A stretch of DNA of 64,000 bases from Piromyces finnis finn (GCA_002104945.1 MCFH01000054.1:1-64000), one strand, 5' to 3'; shown: positions 1 through 13,494, counted from the first letter of the stretch. The notes: generated from the letters alone by a model not told the origin. Numbers and translations: made by a program.

Positions 1-2
1 GG

Positions 3-1091
3 GCTTGGTGTAGAAATATTTCTATTGTATATACTTGGGTAAATGGTTCCGATCCAATTCACCAAGAAATTAAATCAAAGTATAATGGTGGTATTAAAAA
101 GGTCGACCAAAGAGATCGTTCTATGGATGAACTTCGTTATTCCTTACGTTCTTTGGAAAAGAACCTTCCATGGCATGAAGGTATGATTTTCATTGTTTCT
201 CCAAATCAAGTACCACATTGGTTAAATATTGAACATCCTCGTGTTAAAGTTATTGATCAAGCTTCTTTATTACCACCAGAAGCCAATCCAACTTTCAATT
301 CTTTCAGTATTGAATTTTACTTAGATAAAATACCAGGTTTAACCGAGCGTTTTATCCAATTAAATGATGATTACTTCTTCAAACGTTACATTCATCCATC
401 TTTCTTCTTTAACCAAAAGAAATACCCAAACTTTTACTATGGCCGTACGCATGTTCATAAAGGTTTTGACGAAGCTTATCAAATTGCTGAACTAAAACAA
501 ACAACATGGCTTAAAAAGTACTGGGGTTCCATTTTCCATACTAATGGTGTTATTAAGGAGAAATATGGTGATGAAGATCATATAGTTATGTTACAACATG
601 CTCCTTATGTTTGGTACCGTGATATTTTTGAACCTATGAGACAATATTATGGTGAATACATTTCACAAACTCTTTCCCACAAATTTAGACATCCATTAGA
701 TTTAATTCCAACTTATGCTCATCAACATTACATTATGAATGTTGCTTCAAAACCAGGTTATAAATTAGCTGATCAACCATCTGAACATCCAGAACTTGAT
801 TTTGGATTTTATCCACATAGAGATGCTGAAAAATGGATTACTGATTATGGCTATCGTCCACTTTCTCGTAATGCCGTCAAGAATTATATTCGTTTCGGTA
901 CTGTATTAGATGATAAACAAAAAAGTTTGAAATTATTTAATGTTATTAAGAATGGTCCTTATTTAATGTTTAATTTAAATGATGATTATACTACCGAAGA
1001 ACCCGGTCAATGGTTATTAGACTTTATGAATGAAATGTTCCCAAAGTATAGTTTATTTGAAAATGATAGACCAGCAACAACAACTGTTTAA
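3..1091 (+). CDS. Stealth-family hexose-1-phosphate phosphotransferase (5' end lies outside the window)
   Basis: The frame is open from base 3 and reads AWCRNISIVYTWVNGSDP (CR1). It continues into DELRYSLRSLEKNLPW...PTFNSFSIEFYLDKIPGLTERFIQLNDDYFF (CR2), HAPY..R and KFRHPLDL (CR3) and FNLNDD (CR4). No introns in the visible part. Confidence 0.92.
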   Translation, partial: AWCRNISIVYTWVNGSDPIHQEIKSKYNGGIKKVDQRDRSMDELRYSLRSLEKNLPWHEGMIFIVSPNQVPHWLNIEHPRVKVIDQASLLPPEANPTFNSFSIEFYLDKIPGLTERFIQLNDDYFFKRYIHPSFFFNQKKYPNFYYGRTHVHKGFDEAYQIAELKQTTWLKKYWGSIFHTNGVIKEKYGDEDHIVMLQHAPYVWYRDIFEPMRQYYGEYISQTLSHKFRHPLDLIPTYAHQHYIMNVASKPGYKLADQPSEHPELDFGFYPHRDAEKWITDYGYRPLSRNAVKNYIRFGTVLDDKQKSLKLFNVIKNGPYLMFNLNDDYTTEEPGQWLLDFMNEMFPKYSLFENDRPATTTV

Positions 1092-3032
1092 GCTAAAATA
1101 AAAAAAAATTGATAAACAAAAAATAAAACAAATTACCAAAAAAAAAAAAAGAGTAAAATTTATAGAACAACAATAGTAGAATGGTTTAAAATAATTAGGA
1201 TTATTCAGTTATTGTTGGATTTTTTTTAAAAAAATAGTATTATAAATCAGTGATAGCTGACTAATTGATAGACCAGCTATAGCTGTATTATTATTATTAT
1301 TATTTTTTTTTTTAAAAAAAAGCAAACAAATAGAAAAAAAAAAAAAAAAATTATTTGTTTAATTTATAATTTATTCAACTTATATTTCATATTTTATAAT
1401 CTTATTTAATTTTCAAAGTATTACAAATATTAATAATATAATTATATATATAAAAAAAAATAAATCATAATATAATTTAATATAAATATTAATAATCGGC
1501 ATAATAACAATAAAATAAAAATTTATAAGCTAAATAAAAATTTTATATATATATATATATATGTAAAACGTATAGTTTAATAGATAAATTAGAGTAAAAG
1601 AATTAAAGGAAACAATAACACAACTACTATAACAAAAGAAAGAAAAAAAATATTCATTTTTAAACTGGAAGAGAATAAAAAAAAAAAAAAAAAAAAAGAA
1701 ATTGAAAGATAAATTATTATCATTTAATTACATTAACATAGGCGAGAAGAAAAAAAAACAAAAAAAAAAGAATACAACAATAACAAAAAAATTATTATTT
1801 AAAACACACTTTTGAAAAAAAATAATTTTATTAAATTATCATTATATACCACCATCCCACTATCATCATGATTGTTAACAATAATAATAACAATAGAAAA
1901 GTAATAGATATTTATTATCGTTATTATAAATAGTTATATTTATTGAAAGTAATAACCACTTTACACCATCATTATCACCATCATTTTTATTCATTAGATA
2001 TTTTATATTTTATATATAAATATATATATATATTTTTGTTTTATACTATATTATTCATTTACTTAATATTCTTTTATTTCATCTTTATTCTTTTAGTAAA
2101 AATGAATGATTTATACCATTATTTAGTATTTTCTTATTATTTGAATAAAATAACTTAATTTATATAAGAATATTATAGAGAACCTCTAACTTATTATTCT
2201 TATATAAATTAAGTTATTTACACCTATTTAACTATTGATAAAAGAAATAATAGGATATTTAAAAAAAGATTATAACTTTATATTCCTTAGCTGGTATTTT
2301 CTTTTTCATAAAACTTTTAAAAATGTTTTTTTTTTTTTGTGGATTGACCAAATTTTTTTGGTTGTTACAATAAAATAAATAAAAATGTGTTTTTTTTTTT
2401 TTTTTTTTCCTTTTATATTATAAAAAAAAAAAAACATTTTTTATTTTATTTTAATACTGAAATAATATTAATAAAATTTATTTTATTATAAATCTTTTTA
2501 TCATAATTTTTAAGTTTTTTTTCGTTTTATTAAATACTTTTCAAATTGATTAAAAACATTATTTATTTTAATCTTATTTTTCTTTATATTATTGCTATTA
2601 TATATTCATTTTTTTTTTTAATTACAAAGTACATTGCTTCCATCTATAAGAATAAGTCAAGTAACAATTTTTAGAGAAATGTTGACTATTTTCCATTATA
2701 TTAGATGGTTTGTACTCTTTTGTTCTGTTATATTATTACTTCAACTTTGACACTTTTTAATTTCTTATTATTAATTTATTACTATTATTATTATAAAGAA
2801 GTGATTTTCTTTTAATAATAAATAACTTTTAAATAAAATAATTAATTTTTTTTTTCTCTTAAAATAGTAAAATATCATTTCATATATAAAATATTATTTA
2901 ATTAATAGATTGTTTTTAAATGCAATTTAGTTTTTTTAATCGTTTATAATTAAATGTTCCTGATATAAAGATATTTATATCTTAAAAATGAGATTAATAT
3001 TATAATATTATATAATACATATGTATTGCTTT

Positions 3033-3900
3033 TTAAACAAATAATATTGAATTTGTAATTCTATTTAAATAATTTTTCTTTTCTTTATATTCTTCTGTGG
3101 ATACATTTTGAATATCTTTTATCCATTTATTGGATTTAATACCTATAATTAATCTTAAATTTATTTGAAGGCTTAATAAAAGATGGTCGTTCAAGACGTT
3201 TATGAAAGTAAGATATATAATCTTCAAGTTCGTCCATAGAAATCTATCCTTTCTTTTACTTTCTTATCATCTTCTTTATATTTTTAAGCTTCATTAATTA
3301 AACGACCAATTTCTTCTTGATATTATCTTCCTTCATCACTCGGAATAGTAATTTAATACTTCTCTCAACTGCCGAAACATTTAAAATACAGTTTTTATCA
3401 ATTTCAAAAGTTAAATCAAATTCCGTCTCACCACGAGGAGCTTTTATAATTCTTTCTATTGTTAACTCACCTAAAATAGTATTATCTTTCACTAGACTAC
3501 GTTCACCTTGACATACACGAAATCGAACAGAAGATTGATTATCATGACATGTTACACGTGTAACGGTTTTCTTTATTGGAATAGGTGAATTACGTTTAAT
3601 AATAAAATATGTAGTTATTCCTCCACTACTATCTACACCTAATAAAAGAAGAATGACATCTTGCAAATTTAAACTTTTAATTGATTCAGATAAACTACTT
3701 GAAAGATAAACGGCTTGAATAGCTTCTCCATATACTACAGCTTCATCAGGATTAATCGTTTTTTTTTTTAATTATTTTCCATTAAAATAGAATGAAATTA
3801 TTTCTTGAACTTTAGGACTTCGGGTTGATCCTCCTACTAAAACAATTTCATTAATATCTGATTTGCTCATATTAGCATCATTTAAAACACTTGAAATTCA
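3033..3900 (-). pseudogene. Hsp70 pseudogene, 3' half only
   Basis: Reads [23 protein letters not shown]...INPDEAVV...QDVI...[15 protein letters not shown]...APRGE. It has in-frame stops (GR*YQ, EA*KY) and frameshifts. The N-terminal ATPase half is absent. Confidence 0.9.
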
Positions 3901-4619
3901 TTCAATAGAAATGTCTTTGTATTTATGCTAGTTTTTTTTCATCAATATATATAAAAAGAATTATAATATTTGGAACTAATATTTTTTAATTTATATAGAA
4001 CATATCAAATTAATAATTTATATATAAAAAAAATAAAAAAAATTATTTTAAAAAGCGCCTTTTTTCTATAATAATAGTTATGATTAACTTAATAGTATTA
4101 TTACCCTTATTAATATTATTTAAAACATTGGTTTAATTGCAAAAATATTTTTTTATAAATTAATTATTATAGTGAATACACTTTTATAAATATATTTTAT
4201 TTTTATGATAATTATAAAAATATTAAATAAATAACACAAAACCTGACTATTTACCAGTGTTCTCACTATTATTATTCTTATTATAAAATATTTAATTATT
4301 ATTAATTTATATTTTTTTTTTTATTTTTTTAATAATTCAACTATTTTTTTTTTTTTAATGTTGAAACACAAATAGTACTTTATACATAGTTTTATATAAA
4401 ATAATATTTAAATATATAATTAATTTTTTTATTTTTATTTTTATTTTTATTTTTCTATACCTTTTTAATAATATATAATATTTTCATATTTTCTACTATT
4501 TAATAATTATTTTCATTATTTTATTATTCAATCTTTTTATCTTTTAAAAATATATATAAATATATATACATACATTATTACTTATGTATACATATATTAT
4601 TACTAAATTGAATTTAAAA

Positions 4620-4930
4620 TTGATAATTATAGTTTTTTTCATGTTTTCAGTTTCTTTATTGAATAGGTGGATTATGTTTGATAATATCATTCATGATTTC
4701 TCTTTCAATTTCCGTACTTAATAGGAAAAGGAGAAACATCGTGTAAGCTTAAATTTTTAATCAATTCAGATAAATCACATGGAAGATTAGCAGCTTTAAT
4801 TGCTGCTTCACATGCTATTACTTCATCAGGATAACTAATAGTTTTTTTTTTTTTTTTAATTATTTTTCCATCAATATAGATGATAAAATTAATTATTGAA
4901 TTTTAGGAATTCATTTTATTACTATTGGAT
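4620..4930 (-). pseudogene. Degenerate Hsp70 relic directly downstream of acyltransferase copy A
   Basis: Minus strand reads YPDEVIACEAAIKAANLPCDLSELIKNLSLHDVSP. This matches [33 protein letters not shown] of the neighbouring Hsp70s. Confidence 0.8.
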
Positions 4931-5036
4931 TTGTCCAAATTAATGTATGCTTATATTATAAATTGATATATTAGGTTTTTTTTTTTTTTTTTTTTTTTTT
5001 TTGTTATTGTTGGTGGTTTTATTGTTAATAAACAAT

Positions 5037-6315
5037 TCACATAATATATTTTTTTAATATTGATATTTTTGATATGATAAAAGCAGTACTAAAACTAATA
5101 ATAGTGATAAGTATACAGAAGATCGGACATCCTATAATTAGTGGATAACTTATTCCAAAAAATTCACTTGAACTAATATGAAGGAATTTTGTAAGTAAAT
5201 TTCTAACAATCATATGTAATAAATAAACACCGAAAGTTAATCCAGAAAGTTTATTAATAATTTTGGTGGCTGTGACGGTGAATTTAATTTGTCCAACTTC
5301 ATGTTTAAAGAAAATGAATAAAATAATAGAATAGATGACAACAGGGACTGTATAGTTACCTCTAAAATCTTCAGAATAACCATTTTTATTAAATTCAACA
5401 CAAATAGTAGATATACATATAAAAATGATATCAATGATTCCAAATAAATAAAGAGCAAATCGGATGATTTTAGATTTTATGTTGACATATTTTACAATGT
5501 GATAACCAGCAACAAAGTAGCCTACAAATTCAAGGGTAAAATTGAAATGCCAGCGACTAACCCAAATATTTAATATATTTCTGAATCCTTCCATTTTTGA
5601 ATTGGAGGAAACATTTTTCAATGTTGGAATAAAAGAAGCCCAGAAAAAGCAAAGGCCCAAAAAATACCTAGATAAAACAATATTATCAGAGAATAAGCGT
5701 AGGAAAGGTGAAATCATGTAACAACCTATAATCATGAGAATGAACCATAAATATTCTTCACCCGTAATGAAGAGTTCCCAGAAATCATGTAGTGTTTTAT
5801 CTTTAAAAACAAAAATTTTTAAAATGGCATTTACAAAGGACCAAAACATGAAGGCTGTAGCTAAGCGAAATATATTTTGATGAAATAACTTTTTAAAAGT
5901 ATAATTTTTCGATGGATCTAAAATGAAGGTACCAGAGAGTAGCACAAATAATGGAACACCGAAACGACAAATGCAATTATATATACATACAATAATCCAA
6001 GATTTATTATTTATTTTTCTTAAGTTCTTTTCTACTGTATAACTTGCACAATGTAAGAATATGATTGCTACTGTTGATATTATACGTGCACAATCTGCCC
6101 AGTAAAGACGTTTATTTCTTTTGGAAAGTTCATTTTTATTATTTTCATTATTATTTATTAGATTTTATTTTATCTATTGAATCATCGTCCGTAACATAAT
6201 TATCATCATTAATATTTATTCTCATTTCTTCCTCACTATCATTATTATAGATATATGAATCATTATCATGAAATGTTTTTTCTTTTTTATTTGAAGCTGT
6301 ATTAAGTTGTGTCAT
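5037..6315 (-). pseudogene. Acyltransferase family 3 (WecH/YiaH-like O-acyltransferase), frameshifted copy
   Basis: ATG at 6315 is homologous to 9975. The copy is 5 bp shorter than the intact one (a 3-bp and a 2-bp loss near 6150-6165), giving SIDKIKSNK* early. The downstream frame is intact to the stop at 5037. Confidence 0.8.
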
Positions 6316-6336
6316 TTTCTTTTTTTAATTTCACAA

Positions 6337-6367
<31 letters not shown>

Positions 6368-6873
6368 TGAAAAAATATATTATATATATTTTTACAATAT
6401 AAATTAAATTCTTTTGTTAAACTTTTTATTTCTATTATTTATTTCTATTATAATTGAATACTATAAATAGAAACTATTTATTTTATTTAATTATATTTAC
6501 ATTTAATAGAGAAATAATTAATAAAAAATAAATATTACAGGTTTATATATTAAATAGATATTAAGTCATGTGACATAAAATATGATATATGTTTCTTTTA
6601 TGTTGTAGTAATTTAATATTTGTTTATTTATAATTTATTATTAATTTTAAAACATAAATGTTTTTTATATAATAAAATTCCTATAATTAAATATAATTGA
6701 ATATCAATTATATAAAATAATGTATTCATAATATATGAGTAATAATTAAATAAGATATAATATAATATATTTAAATGAAATGTTACTATAAAAGTAAAAA
6801 ATAATGTAATACAAATTAGTATTACAATAAAATGTAACTCTACATTTAATAATGAATATATGAATGAATATTA

Positions 6874-7335
6874 TTATCTTTGAAATATATTATTGTTAAT
6901 AGTGACAATTTTTTCATAAAATTCGTTCTCCTCCTCAGTAAAATTGGAACTATTGGTTTTATTATTATTATTATTACTATTATTATCATTACCATCAGAA
7001 ATAGTAGTGTTAACAATTAAATTCTCTTTCAAAGTTATTCTAGATAAATTAGTGGTATAATTTTCTTCTGGTTTCTTAATAATCCTACTAACAAAATAAA
7101 TAGGATGTTCAATATTATCATTATACAACCGTAGTAAAACTCCACCAATTCCATACGCACAAGCATAAGATCTAATAATAAAAGGAACATCAAATTTAGG
7201 AAAACAAAAAATAGGTGCATTAATTAAACAATATATCATATTTCTGAAACTTTGTTCTTGGATTTTTGTCCATTCATATTTAACTTTCTTCTTTAATAAT
7301 TTGAAAAGAGGAGCTGCAATAACAGAATAATTATA
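6874..7335 (-). mobile_element. Ty3/gypsy LTR-retrotransposon pol fragment (RT connection / RNase H)
   Basis: Reads NYSVIAAPLFKLLKKKVKYEWTKIQEQSF...LINAPIFCFPKFDVPFIIRSYACAYGIGGVL...EHPIYFVSRIIKKPEENY, a typical RT_RNaseH motif set. The catalytic D of xDASxxGIG is lost and no LTRs were seen. Confidence 0.85.
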
Positions 7336-8239
7336 ATATTTGGAACTAATATTTTTTAATTTATAATCAAATTAATAATTTATATATAAAAAAAAATAAA
7401 AAAATTTATTTTAAAAAAGCGCCTTTTTTCTATATTTTTTATATTTATTCATTTATTTAATATTTTAGGCATATATACTATAATTTTGTTTTTTTGAATA
7501 TCATTTAACATGAAATAAAATTATAATTCTATTATTATTCCACACTAATCTACCATATTGATAATTGGTTTTCTATTTAACATAATATTAATATTTTTTT
7601 TTCTTAAAAAAGCATTTCTTTTTAAAAGAATTACAACTATTATATATACTAATATTTATTGAATTATTAAAAGTATTAATAATAATAATAGTTATGATTA
7701 ACTTAATAGTATTATTACCCTTATTAATATTATTTAAAACATTGGTTTAATTGCAAAAATATTTTTTTATAAATTAATTATTATAGTAAATACACTTTTA
7801 TAAATATATTTTATTTTTATGATAATTATAAAAATATTAAATAAATAACACAAAACTTTACTATTTACCAGTGTTCTTACTATTATTATTTTTATTATAA
7901 AATATTTAATTATTATTAATTTATATTTTTTTTTATTTTTTTAATAAGTCGACTATTTTTTTTTTTTTAATGTTGAAACACAAATAATACTTTATACATA
8001 GTTTTATATAAAATAATATTTAAATATATATAATTAATTTTTTAATTTTTATTTTTATTTTTCTATACCTTTTTAATAATATATAATATTTTCTACTATT
8101 CAATAATTATTTAATACTTATTTTCATTATTTTATTATTCAATCTTTTTATCTTTTAAAAATATATATATATATAAATATGTATACATATATTATTACTT
8201 TCATATAGTCATACATATTTATATTTACTATATTTCATT

Positions 8240-8590
8240 TTAGAATGTATTTGCCTTGACATATACGAAATTGAATTGAAAATTGATAATTATAGTCTTT
8301 TTCATGTTTTCAGTTTCTTTATTGAATAGGTGGATTATGCTTGATAATATCATTCATGATTTCTCTTTCAATTTCCGTACTTAATAGGAAAAGGAGAAAC
8401 ATCGTGTAAGCTTAAATTTTAATCAATTCAGATAAATCGCCTGAAAGATTAGCAGCTTTAATAGCTGCTTCACATGCTATTACTTCATCAGGATAACTAA
8501 TAGTTTTTTTTTTTTTTTTAATTATTTTTCCATCAATATAGATGATAAAATTAATTATTGAATTTTAGGAATTCATTTTATTACTATTAG
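8240..8590 (-). pseudogene. Degenerate Hsp70 relic directly downstream of acyltransferase copy B
   Basis: Reads YPDEVIACEAAIKAANLSGDLSELI, and near 8250 SIQFRICQG, which matches the Hsp70 substrate-binding-domain [11 protein letters not shown]. Confidence 0.8.
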
Positions 8591-8691
8591 ATTTGTCCAA
8601 ATTAATGTATGCTTATATTATAAATTGATATATTAGGTTGTTTTTTTTTTTTTTTTTGTTATTGTTGGTGGTTTTATTGTTAATAAACAAT

Positions 8692-9975
8692 TCACATAAT
8701 ATATTTATTTAATAATGGTATTTTTGAAAGGATAAAAGCAGTACTAAAACTAATAATAGTGATAAGTATACAGAAGATCGGACATCCTATAATTAGTGGA
8801 TAACTTATTCCAAGAAATTCATGTGAACTAATATGAAGGAATTTTGTAAGTAAATTTCTAACAATCATATGTAATAAATAAACACCAAAAGTTAATCCGG
8901 AAAGTTTATTAATAATTTTGGTGGCTGTGACGGTGAATTTAATTTGTCCAACTTCATGTTTAAAGAAAATGAATAAAATAATAGAATAGATGACAATAGT
9001 GATTGTACAGTTATCTCTAAAATCTTTAGAATAACCTTTTTTATTAAATTCAACATAAATAGTAGATATACATATAAAAATGATATTAATGATTCCAAAT
9101 AAATAAAGAGCAAATCGAATGATTTTAGATTTTATGTTGACATATTTTACAATGTGATAACCAGCAACAAAGTAGCCTACAAATTCAAGGGTAAAATTGA
9201 AATGCCAGCGACCAACCCAAGTATTTAATATATTTTTGTATTCATCCATTTTTAAAATGGTGAAAATATTATTCAATGCTGGAATAAAAGAAGCCCAGAA
9301 AAAGCAAAGGCCCAAAAAATATCTAGATAAAACAATATTATCAGAGAATAAGCGTAGGAAAGGTGAAATCATATAACAACCTATAATCATGAGAATGAAC
9401 CATAAATATTCTTCACCCATAATTAAGAGTCCCCAGAAATCATGTAGTGTTTTATCTTTAAAAACGAAAATTTTTAAAATGGCATTTATAAAGGACCAAA
9501 ATATGAAGGCTGTAGCTAAGCGAAAAATATTTTGACGAAATAACTTTTTAAAAGTAAAATTTTTCGATGGATCTAAAATGAAGGTACCAGAGAGTAGCAC
9601 AAATAATGGAACACCGAAACGACAAATGCAATTATATATACATACAATAATCCAAGATTTATTATTTATTTTTCTTAAATTCTTTTCTTCTGTATAACTT
9701 GCACAATGTAAGAATATGATTGCTACTGTTGATATTATACGTGCACAATCTGCCCAGTAAAGACGTTTATTTCTTTTGGAAAGTTCATTTTTATTATTTT
9801 CATTATTATTATTTATTAGAGATTTTATTTCATCTATTGAATCATCGTCCATAACATAATTATTATCATTAATATTTATTCTCATTTCTTCCTCACTATC
9901 ATTATTATAGGTATATGAATCATTATCATGAAATGTTTTTTCTTTTTTATTTGAAGCTGTATTAAGTTGTGTCAT
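8692..9975 (-). CDS. Acyltransferase family 3 (WecH/YiaH-like membrane O-acyltransferase), intact and intronless, 427 aa
   Basis: Motifs RLYWADCARIISTVAIIFLH, RFGVPLFVLLSG, YLWFILMIIGCYMISPFL, GYFVAGY and TFGVYLLH. About 10 hydrophobic segments follow an Asn/Asp-rich N-terminal extension. Confidence 0.88.
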   Translation of the reverse strand: MTQLNTASNKKEKTFHDNDSYTYNNDSEEEMRININDNNYVMDDDSIDEIKSLINNNNENNKNELSKRNKRLYWADCARIISTVAIIFLHCASYTEEKNLRKINNKSWIIVCIYNCICRFGVPLFVLLSGTFILDPSKNFTFKKLFRQNIFRLATAFIFWSFINAILKIFVFKDKTLHDFWGLLIMGEEYLWFILMIIGCYMISPFLRLFSDNIVLSRYFLGLCFFWASFIPALNNIFTILKMDEYKNILNTWVGRWHFNFTLEFVGYFVAGYHIVKYVNIKSKIIRFALYLFGIINIIFICISTIYVEFNKKGYSKDFRDNCTITIVIYSIILFIFFKHEVGQIKFTVTATKIINKLSGLTFGVYLLHMIVRNLLTKFLHISSHEFLGISYPLIIGCPIFCILITIISFSTAFILSKIPLLNKYIM

Positions 9976-9996
9976 TTTCTTTTTTTAATTTCACAA

Positions 9997-10162
<166 letters not shown>

Positions 10163-10554
10163 TGAAAAAATATATATATTTTTACAAAAATATAAATTAA
10201 ATTCTTTTGTTTAAACTTTTTATTTCTATTATTATTATTATTTTGATAAAGCTTTCGCTTTAATATTATTTATAAAATCTACAATTTAAATCCTAAAATG
10301 AGTAGTATATAAGTTTATAAGAATAGAAGTTGATATAAATTTACCTTACAATTTAGTTTCATTGCTAATTTATAAGGTAATTTTACAATAGTAGAAACTA
10401 TTTATTTTATTATATTTACATGTAATAGAGAAAAAAAATAAAAAAATAAAGATTATATATTAAATAGATGTTAAGTCATGTGACATAAATATGTGGCTTT
10501 TTAATTAATTAATGTGATTAAAATAGACATATATTTAACTACTAAATAAATAAA

Positions 10555-10640
10555 TACTTGGCAATATCTGCTACCGAGGCTGAGTTTTTATGTACAATCA
10601 ACACAAAAATTTTTGTGAAACATTTTTAATGAAAAAATAA
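10555..10640 (+). mobile_element. Possible Ty1/copia RNase H relic
   Basis: A locally GC-richer patch reads LAISATEAEF, resembling the copia VAxSTxEAEY motif. Very short. Confidence 0.35.
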
Positions 10641-11659
10641 CAATTAAAAAAATTGCATATATTAAATAATCTAAATAATTAATAAGATTTTAGTTTAATA
10701 TTCATCATTATATATTTTTTTTAATAATTATAGTTTGAATAGTTATTACCTATATACAAATAATATAAATTAATTACCGTTTGGTTGTTACACCTAATAC
10801 TTTATTATATATATAACAAAACATATATAACAAAACTAAGAATATTCCATCATGATTGTATATGATTGTATGATTGTAGCTATCATTAGATTTTTTATAT
10901 TACCTTTTTATTACCTTTTTATTTTGAAAAAACTATATAAAAAGATAAAAAGTTTGCAAATGCTTATTATCATTACTATTAATATGATAAGTACATTTAA
11001 TACTATAAAATAAAAGTAACATTTTTATTAATTTAAAAAAAAAAAAAAAATTTAATATTATATTAGTAAATATGAAAAGAAAACTAGAACTATTACATAT
11101 ATTCATATATTAATAATTATTGAAGGTATCATCAATAATAATGCTTAACTTAATAACATTATTACTATTATTAATAATATAAATATTATTTTAATTACAA
11201 AAGTATTTTTATTAAAATTTGCTATTAAAATACTTTTTTTTCTTTATTTTTATATCTATTATAAAATTATTATATAATATTTTAGATAATATTTTAGTAT
11301 TATATATAATACTATATTATTCATATTATTATTTCTTATTATTATTTTATAATATATAAAATAGTTGTTATTTTGAAATTACAGTTTTTACTATAATATA
11401 TTAGATTATTATTAATTATTTTTTTTTTTTATTTTTTATATAATTCGACTACTTCCTTTAATGTTGAAACACAGATAATACTTTATACACAGCTTTATAT
11501 AAAATAATATTTAAACATATATAATAAACTTTTTTTTTTGATTTTTCTAATAATAAATAGTATTTTCTATTATTTAAAAGTTATTTTCATTGTATTTTTT
11601 TTTAAATATATATAATACTATTACTTTCATATCATTACACGTATTTATACTTTTTATAT

Positions 11660-13494
11660 TTCATTTAAAATCGCATTAAAATGTGATTTAATATAAATAT
11701 TTTTTAAATTATTTATTTTCTGTTTATATTCTTTTTAGATGCATTTTGATTATCTTTCATCCATATATCAGTAGAATCAATTGCAATAGATAACGTTATT
11801 TTGTCATCTAAACTAATGGTAGAATTTTTAAGACGTTTTCTTAAATCATAAATATAATCATCCAGTTCATTCATAGCTTTTACTCTTTCTTTTGCTTTTT
11901 TATCATCTTCTTTATACTTTTCAGCTTCTTTAATTAATCAATCAATTTCATCTTGATATAATCTTCCTTTATTATTAGAAATGATAATTGCTTTATAAAT
12001 ACCAGTACCTCTCTCAACTGCTGAAACATTTAAAATACCATTTTTATCAATATCAATAGTTACATCATACTCTATTTCACCACGTAAAGCTTTTGTAATT
12101 CCTTCTAACGTAAATTCAGCAATAATATTATTATCTTTCACTAAAATACGTTCACCTTGACATACACGAAATCGAATAGAAGATTGATTATCATGGCTTG
12201 TATAGAATACTTTTGTTTTCTTTATTGGGTAAGGCAAATTACGTTTGATAATAGTACTCATTATATCTCCTTTAACACCTATACCTAATGAAAGAGGAAT
12301 AACATCTTGTATACTTAAATTTTTAATTGATTCAGATAAATCATCTGAAAGAGTAGCAGCTTGAATAGCTGCTCTACACGCTACAGCTTCATCAGGATTA
12401 ATCGTTTTTTTTAATTCTTTTCCATCAAAATAGGATGAAATTAATTCTTGAATTTTAGGAATTCGGGTTGATCCTCCTACTAAAACAATTTCATTAATAT
12501 CGGATTTGCTCATATTAGCATCATTTAAAACACTTGAAATTGGTTCAATGTTCAATCATCTTTTCAAATAAATATGAATTTAATTCTTCAAAACGTAATC
12601 GAGTAATACCACTAGAAAAGTCTATTCCTTCAAACAAGAAATCAATTTCAATAGAAGCATAAGTAGAAGTAGAAAGAGTACGTTTAGCAGTTTCACATGC
12701 TCTCCTCAAACGATGTAATGATTTTTTATTAGATGAAAGATCCTTGTTATACATTCATTTAAATTCCGATACAAAATAATCAACAAGACGATTAGTGAAA
12801 TCTTCACCTCCTAAATGCGTATCACCTGATATAGCTTTAACTGTAAATATTCCATTTTTAATCGATAAAAGAGATACATCATAAGTACCTCCTCCAAGAT
12901 CTACAATTAAAAAGTTTTCATCACTTTTCATTGTTTTATTAAGACCGTAGGCAAGAGCTGCAGCTGTTGGTTCATTAATAATTTTTAAAACATTTAAACC
13001 GGCAATCTTACCAGCATCAATTGTAGCTCGACGTTGAGCGTCATTGAAATAGGCAGGAACTGTAATAACAACATCTGTTACTTCCCCTCCTAAATAATCT
13101 TGAGCACATTCTTTTAATTTTGTGAGTATCATACTAGAAATTTCTTCATGTGTAAAATTTTTAATTTCATTTTTATATTTTACTTGAATATATGGGTTTT
13201 TATATTTTTCAATTACTTTAAATGGCCAATATTTCATATCAGATTGAATTTCTGGATCTTCATATTTTCTTCCAATTAATCGTTTAGCATCATAAACTGT
13301 ATTTTCATAATAATACCCGCTTTTATTAATGCTGTATCACCAATCAAGCGTTCATTAGAAGTAAACCCAACGTAAGAAGGAGTCGTACGATTACCTAAAT
13401 CATTTGCAATAACTTCTGCATGATTACTTCTCCAAACAGCAACACATGAATAAGTTGTACCTAAATCAATACCAATGACAATATTTTTAGTCAT
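11660..13494 (-). pseudogene. Full-length Hsp70 pseudogene
   Basis: Starts [18 protein letters not shown]. It is split into four ORFs by a frameshift near 13310, a TGA at 12755, a frameshift near 12550 and a TGA at 11938. The lid-domain reading continues past that stop (LIKEAEKYKEDDKKAKERVKAMNELDDY...DNQNASK). Confidence 0.9.

Larger units (their letters stand above)
3958..6590. repeat. Segmental duplication, copy A (Hsp70 3' flank + Hsp70 relic + acyltransferase + its upstream region)
   Basis: Near-identical to ~7325-10495. Both start at aattataatatttggaactaat and end shortly after aagtcatgtgacataaa. Confidence 0.9.

Noticed and set aside
1943-2158. Short hydrophobic ORF (and similar ones at 29-37 kb and 53-56 kb)
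   Set aside because: These are low-complexity F/Y/I/K translations of AT-rich intergenic or intronic DNA.
10338-10383. Imperfect hairpin (17 of 20 bp) as a Helitron 3' end
   Set aside because: The stem is AT-rich, there is no downstream CTRR terminus, and no Rep/helicase remnants were seen.
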